A stretch of DNA of 64,000 bases from Candidatus Eiseniibacteriota bacterium (lineage in GTDB: Bacteria > Eisenbacteria > RBG-16-71-46 > CAIMUX01 > VGJL01). The stretch covers positions 256,001 through 320,000 of the forward strand of contig CAWBWI010000003.1 in assembly GCA_963792585.1 (NCBI GenBank), in the 5' to 3' direction. Shown here one piece after another: positions 60,640 to 64,000 of the stretch (within the stretch, counting starts at the first letter, position 1; each line of letters starts with the position of its first letter). Made by a program: the position numbers and the translations under genes. The notes beneath the pieces are model-generated. The model did not search any database. It saw only the letters and a program-made list of their open reading frames with translations, and had not been told where the DNA came from.

Positions 60640-63600
60640 ATGATCGAACGGATCATCGAATTCTCGATCCGGAACCGGTTCGTGGTTCTCCTCGGCATGC
60701 TCGTCGTCGTGGTTTGGGGTATCTACTCGATCGGACACACGCCGATCGATGCGATCCCCGACCTCTCCGAGAACCAGGTGATCGTCTTCACCGACTGGAT
60801 GGGCCGCAGCCCCCAGGAGATCGAGGACCAGGTCACCTATCCCGCTCTCGGTCAACCTGCAGGGCCTGGCCGGCGTGAAGGCGGTGCGGTCGTCGAGCGA
60901 GTTCAACTTCTCGATGATCAACATCATCTTCGAGGACAAGATCGACTTCTACTTCGCCCGCCAGCGCGTGCTCGAACGGCTCTCGATCGCTCGCACCTTC
61001 CTGCCGCCGGGCGTCGTGCCCTACCTCGCCCCCGACGCCACGGCGCTCGGGCAGATCTTCTGGTACACCGTCGAGGGCGAGGGCAAGGACCTCGGCGAGC
61101 TGCGGGCGATCCAGGACTGGTACGTCCGCTACCAGCTCAACTCCGTCCCCGGCGTGGCCGAGGTCGTCGAGCGTCGGCGGCTTCATCAAGACCATGAGAT
61201 CGACATCGACCCCAACAAGCTGCGCGCCTACGAGGTCACGCTCGGCGAGGTGTTCTCGGCGGTTCAGCGCAGCAACTCCGCCGTCGGCGGCAAGGTCTAC
61301 GTCCAGAACGACGCCGAGTACCTGATCCGCGGCGTCGGCTGGATCCGAGGACTCGACGACATGCGAAACACGGTGGTCACCGACGCGGGACGGCGTGCCC
61401 GTCACAGTGGGCCATCTCGGCACCGTGCAGCTCGCCCCCGAGGCGCGCCGCTGCGTGCTGGAGAAGAACGGCAGCGAGGCGGTCGGCGGCGTGGTCCTGA
61501 TGCGCTACGGCGAGAACCCGCTGGAGGTCACGCAGCGCATCAAGGAGAAGATCGACGACCTACAGCCCGGCCTGCCCGAGGGCGTTCGGATCGTGCCGTT
61601 CTACGATCGCACCCGCCTGATCAAGGATGCGATCCATACGGTGACGCGGACGCTGAAGGAGGAGATCATCATCGCTCGATCGCGATCCTCCTGATCCTGA
61701 CGCACCTCGGCAGCGCCCTGGTCGTCGTCATCACGCTGCCGCTGGCCGTGCTGATCTCCTTCATCCTGATGCACCTCTTCGGCATCCCGTCCAACATCAT
61801 GTCGCTCTCCGGCATCGCGATCTCGATCGGCATCCTGGTGGACCCGGCGATCGTGATGATGGAGAACGCCACCCACGACCTGACCGCGGAGTTCGGCCAC
61901 GAACGGGTCCGCGGCGACACGCGCGAGATCATCCTGCGCGCCTGCGAAGCTCGTCGGGCGGCCGATCTTCTTCTCGGTCCTGATCATGCTGATCTCCTTC
62001 CTGCCGGTCTTCGCGCTCACGGGCCAGGAAGGGAAGATGTTCCACCCGCTGGCCTTCACCAAGACGCTTCGCGATGATCGGCGTGGCGCTGCTGGCGATC
62101 ACGCTCGTGCCGGCGCTGATCCCGATCTTCCTCCGGGGCCGGCTTCAGAGCGAGGAGGACAATCGGATCGTCCGCAGCTTCATCGAGATCTACAAGCCGG
62201 TGCTGAACGTTCCTGCTCCGTCACCGGACGGCGTTCGTCTGGTCGTTCGTCGTTCTCCTCGGCATCGGGTTCAACCTCTCGCGGCACCTCGGCCGCGAGT
62301 TCATGCCGCCGCTCGACGAGGGCAGCGTCCTCGACATGCCGGTCACGATCCCGAGCGTCGTCGGTGCCGCAGGCGGCGAGACGACCTGAAGGCGCGTGAC
62401 GCGATGCTCCGCACGTTCCCCGAGGTGTCGAGTCGGTGGTCGGCAAGGCCGGCCGCGCCGAGACGGCGACCGATCCCGCGCCGCTGGACATGGTCGAGAC
62501 GATCATCAACCTGCATCCGCGCTCCTGGTGGCCCAAGCGCAAGATCCGCTTCGAGGACACGATGAAGGAGGCGGGAATCCTATTGAGTGCCCTGCAGCAG
62601 CAGGGTGTTGTCCGGAAAGACCTTTCCGACGACGAGAGAGGGGTGCTTCTCAACGAGGCGTCCATGGCGGCCGCGGAGCGAATGGACGGAATCCTCCGAA
62701 CGCAGGCCCGCGAAGCGGAGATCGCCTTCACTCCCAACATTGGGAGCGATCTCGCGGCGACCGGTATGAAACGGGTCGTTGACATGGCGCGGCGACAGAA
62801 CGCGCTGAGTGCGGGGACCGATCCTGGCGTGATCAGCGGAATCGAAGCTGCGCTCTCTCGTAGCTTCGGCATGCAACTTGCGGTCGAGCCCGACGCCGTC
62901 GTTGTGAACCGACTCCTCGCCGCAGCCCGCGATTCTCTCGCGGCGCGTGGCGTGATTCAGACCCGGGGAGACATCTTCCGGCCCGAACGATCCCGGTGGG
63001 CGTCGCTCAGCGACCCGGTTCGGACCGTGCTTGGAGGATCAGCCCAAAGCGTCCAGGAATCGGCGCTTGCCTCGATCGAAAAGGCCCGCGAGAGGCTATG
63101 GAAGAAGGCGATGCGGGATGAGAACGATCGACTTGCCGACCGCGCACCCAAGGAACTCGTCGATGCGCTGACCGATGCGCTCACCGCAGGAGCGTCCACT
63201 CACGGCTTCGTTCAGCGTGACCTTACCGAGGCGGATCGCGAGGCGCTCTGGGGCCGGCGGGAGAAGTCGCTTCGCCGCGGACTCTTCCTGTGGCACAAGA
63301 CGAAGGTCGATATCGTGCAGGAGTTCGACACCGCTCTCCAGGTCCCAGGGTGGGGAAACATATGGACGCAGCCGATCATCAATCGTGTCGACATGCTTGC
63401 CACCGGCGTACGGACGATGGTCGGCGTGAAGGTCTTCGGGGACGACCTATACAAGATCCAGGATGTGTCGCAACAGGTTGCCGGAGTCCTGAGGGGCATC
63501 CCTGGCGCCGTCGATGTCTTTCCGGATCAGATCGTCGGAGAGAACTATCTCGAGATCGACGTGGATCGGGAAAAGGCCGCCCGGTATGGGGTGAACGTGG

Positions 63601-64000
63601 GAGACGTCCAGGACGTGATCGAGGTCGCCCTCGGGGGCATGACGGTCACGAACACGGTCGAAGGCCGACGTCGTTTCCCCGTGCGCGTCCGCTACGCGAG
63701 GGACTTCCGCACCGACGCGGAGGAAATAGGAAGGACGCTCGTAGCTTCCGGTGGGCCGGCAATGGGAGCCGCCCCGGCAGCCATGGGCTCGACGATGTCG
63801 ACCTCGGTCGCCCCGGGAGGGGGAACGGGACCGGTCCAGGTGCCCTTGTCCGCGGTCGCGACGATCCGGGTCACTCAAGGTCCCAGCATGATCAAGAGCG
63901 AGAACGGCATGCTGCGCTCCTATGTTCAACTGAATGTTCGGGGGCGCGACGTGGTCGGATTCGTCGAAGAGGCGCAACGGCTGGTCGCAACGAATGTAAA
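60640..64000 (+). CDS. cusA: CusA/CzcA heavy-metal RND transporter (frameshifted about 60845-62450; runs off window)
   Basis: [87 protein letters not shown]. Confidence 0.9.

Overview
High-GC, diderm bacterial chromosome segment spanning the replication origin. The FlgD-Ig/T9SS-like C-terminal domains suggest an FCB-superphylum candidate lineage (inference only). Leftward from the origin: dnaA, oriC, then dnaN-dciA-gyrB-gyrA-rex-ileS-TPM-nucleotidyltransferase-lemA. Further left: a BtuDFC-like ABC importer, sppA, a methyltransferase, an antiporter and pstS. Rightward: rpmH-rnpA-yidD-yidC-rsmG, a tandem parS pair, parAB, an M23 peptidase, bactofilin and a second DnaA-box cluster. Accessory genes follow: FGE/PKD lipoprotein; PLP lyase-CDF-CorA-TMTC-like operon; MscS/M48; rocD; orphan kinase; two secreted FlgD-CTD proteins; a divergent second Rex; a coupled beta-propeller/ubiquitin-like (MoaD-fold) pair; Tat-exported Fe-SOD; 6x CARDB lipoprotein; and a sigma54-controlled CusCBA-like copper efflux locus with visible enhancer palindromes. 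Several conserved genes (ileS, rex, gyrA, gyrB, dciA, cusA, M23, bactofilin) are frameshifted, most likely by assembly error. No rRNA, tRNA, CRISPR array or mobile element was recognised. The best candidate for an uncharacterised system is the beta-propeller + Ubl pair next to the atypical Rex. The GVHH-type IleRS, the unusual GyrA QRDR and the CusA with a ~255-aa insert are also notable. All calls are by-eye motif recognition; no database searches were run.
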